NCBI GenBank assembly: GCA_047967505.1
Contig: CM106538.1
Length of the DNA: 64,000 nucleotides
From: Dipteris shenzhenensis
Taxonomy: Eukaryota
Strand: one strand, 5' to 3'
The notes under the pieces are model-generated. The model worked only from the letters and a program-made list of their open reading frames with translations, had not been told where the DNA came from and made no database searches. This document shows positions 61,718 through 64,000 of this stretch, piece by piece. The position numbers and the translations under genes are program-made. Position 1 is the first letter of the stretch, and every line of letters begins with the position of its first letter.

Positions 61718-62238
61718 CAGTGTTTTCTTGGACAGGTTCTTGCAGGAGATTTTGGGGACAGATTTTGCATTTTGCTCAGTGTTTTAGCAGCCTACTTGGC
61801 ATTTGCAAAGCTTTTGCTGTCATTTTTGGGTTGGCATTTGCAGATTTGTAGCTGGCTTTGGAGCAGCCAGCTCATTGCATTGTAGTCTTGAGGCTTTGAC
61901 ATTTGCCAGTCATTTTCTTTTGGGGATTCTCTTTTGCAATGGCTCACCATCAGTCTGTTGGAATGCTTGCCCATTAAGACAAGCTTGATGGTTCCAACTA
62001 GCCCATGTGGTCATACTCAGGGAACTGCTGCCACTGCAACCACTTTTGCCATTTCTGGTTCATCTACCACTACTTCCACAGTGCCTGCTGCAGACCTTCC
62101 AACATGCATGGGCACATGCAGTGTTTGCCATGAATAGCAAGATGAAGGTTATACCTCACATTCGGTCTTGCAAGATAGCCAAGGATGCATGGGATACTTT
62201 GGTCAGTCTTGCAATGAGGCCCAGGTTGCCTATTTACA

Positions 62239-64000
62239 CATGGTTGTAAGACACGTTAAGACACGACACGTTAGACACGTTTTAGACACGAGTGTCTAAA
62301 GTGTCTTAAAGATAAGACACGTAAGACATAATATTAAATATTAAATATTAAAAATATAAGTATGTATTAGTATACAAGTGTAGGCTTAGTGTACAACTTG
62401 GTAGCATGACTAGGTACTAGTTTTAACATATTAGAGGTACATTGTATAATGTAGTTAAGAGTGAAGACTTGTTACTTGTCACTTAAGACTTAAAAGTTAA
62501 ATGCCAAGACTCCGGACTTGGGACTTCTTGCAAGTTAAAACTCAAGACTCGAGACTTAAAAGTTAAAACTTAAAAGTAAAGACTCAAGATTCATGGGCTT
62601 GCAAGTCATGACTCACAACTTTAAGGTTTAAAGTGCAAACCAACAATCTCATATTCAAAATTCCAAATTACAACTTAACAAGAGCCTAGAGGGTTACATA
62701 AATGATAGTCAATCATCATAGATCAATAAAGTTTAAACATATGTCATAAATAACTGGGCCATTGCCAACAATCTAGTAGTCACATGTGACATGAATGAAA
62801 TCTGAATCCTCATACATATAACTGAAAAGAAACTTTCGAATCTCAAGAGTCAAGTCTCTCAGGACTCATCCTAGTCTGAATTTGCTAGGTCACCGCCACT
62901 GCTGGATCCAAAGTCACCATCAGTGATAGTGTTACCCTCACTATCATACTGTGGCTCCTCAGGCACCTCCTCCTCCTCCTCCTCCTCCACCTCCCCCTCC
63001 TCCTCGTCCAAGGCAGACCGTATAGGTGTATTTGACGAGGTATTGGCCACAGCTAGGACTCTCCCATGGCCACGTCGGATGGCACAACCATGACCTCGTG
63101 CTCCTCTTCCACCACTCGTGCCTCTGCCTCTGCCTCTGCCTCTGCCGTTGCCCTTACTTGTGTCTCTCCGTGCTGGAATAGCAATGGCTGATCTACGACG
63201 TAAACGAGTGACTCATCTATCTATGGTCTCTAGCTCTCTATGTAGCTGTGCATATATCTCCTCCTCGTCAGCTTCAACTCTAGCATAAGTAGGCAACTTG
63301 GTTATGTCAATGCTTGTAGGATCCGCCTGCAACAACATTTAGAAGCGTATGTTCAATGTTCATTGTTGTGATTTGAATTTCCTATATATATTTAGAATCG
63401 AAATCATAGATGATAGAACATGTTACAATAGACTCAAGCTACCAATCTTACCTGCATTGGACCTACCAAATTTTTAAGCTTTCTTATAAGCCTTAAGTTT
63501 GCACGGCAGTCGCTCGAGTTGCCTTGTGCTTAACTTGTTCCTTATTTTGGTATGGATCATAGAATAGGAGCTCCAATTCCTCTCGCATGCTCTTGCTGCA
63601 CATTCCTTTTGGTTTTGAATCCCGATTGGCATTTACAAATCAAGATTCAAGGAGTGAGAATCATCTACATTTACAGTTTACTAAACTAGGATTAGCAAAT
63701 GCCAAAGATACATGTATGGTGTCTCAGCTCTCACCTGAGATAAAATCCGGAGAGCCAACTTATGCACTCGAGGAGTGGAGTAGCCATATGTCTCCCACCA
63801 CTCAATTGGCTTTACACAAATCTCCTTCCTTCTAGACGTGGGTCTAGAGAAGGAAATGCCCACACTATTCCTATACTGAGAAAGCGCTCCAAGTCGAGCT
63901 CCAATTGCTCATCCTGTGAAAAAAGCCTCCTTGTGTAGGCATCTCTATCCGCAAGTAACTCCGGCTTATTGAATAAATCAACTGGGATGCAAAAGTGTTG
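62239..64000 (-). mobile_element. hAT DNA transposon, 3' part with transposase dimerisation domain
   Basis: Terminus CATGGTTGTAAG with AGACACG subterminal repeats; WWETYGYSTP..KLALRILSQ, an intron, then ACERNWSSYSMIHTKIRNKL; acidic and RG-rich tail; runs off the window. Confidence 0.9.

Larger units (their letters stand above)
55008..62238 (+). mobile_element. Outer Ty1/Copia remnant (short LTR, PBS, leader, gag fragment), interrupted twice
   Basis: PBS TGGTATCAGAGC at 55186; leader resumes after the CAGTG TSD at 61718; gag fragment KVIPHIRSCKIAKDAWDTL at ~62145; cut by hAT at 62239. LTR start approximate. Confidence 0.75.

Overview
This is eukaryotic, TE-saturated land-plant nuclear DNA. 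A large-genome plant such as a fern is inferred from the TE families, microsatellite load and intron sizes, but the sequence cannot prove it. The one recognisable host gene is a + strand M18 aspartyl aminopeptidase. Seven coding exons (9103-42934, 297 codons, open frame) can be spliced by eye across introns of 90, 92, 18762, 13714, 198 and 85 bp; exon 7 ends at a GC donor, and the C-terminal exons are not seen in the remaining 21 kb. Most other sequence is nested mobile DNA: two chromodomain Ty3/Gypsy elements, at least six Ty1/Copia copies, solo LTRs, an L1-type LINE split by a full-length RTEX-like LINE, hAT elements and microsatellites. Two decayed genes are not explained by standard TE domains. 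One is a three-exon, ~417-codon minus-strand gene (2440-3854) with a BAH-like and a C-terminal ubiquitin-like segment. The other is a coiled-coil plus PD-(D/E)xK-like nuclease ORF (19204-~20230) antisense in host intron 3. Related Copia copies also show the same ~72-nt RT/RNase H junction segment moved upstream. All domain calls are by eye; no database search was run.
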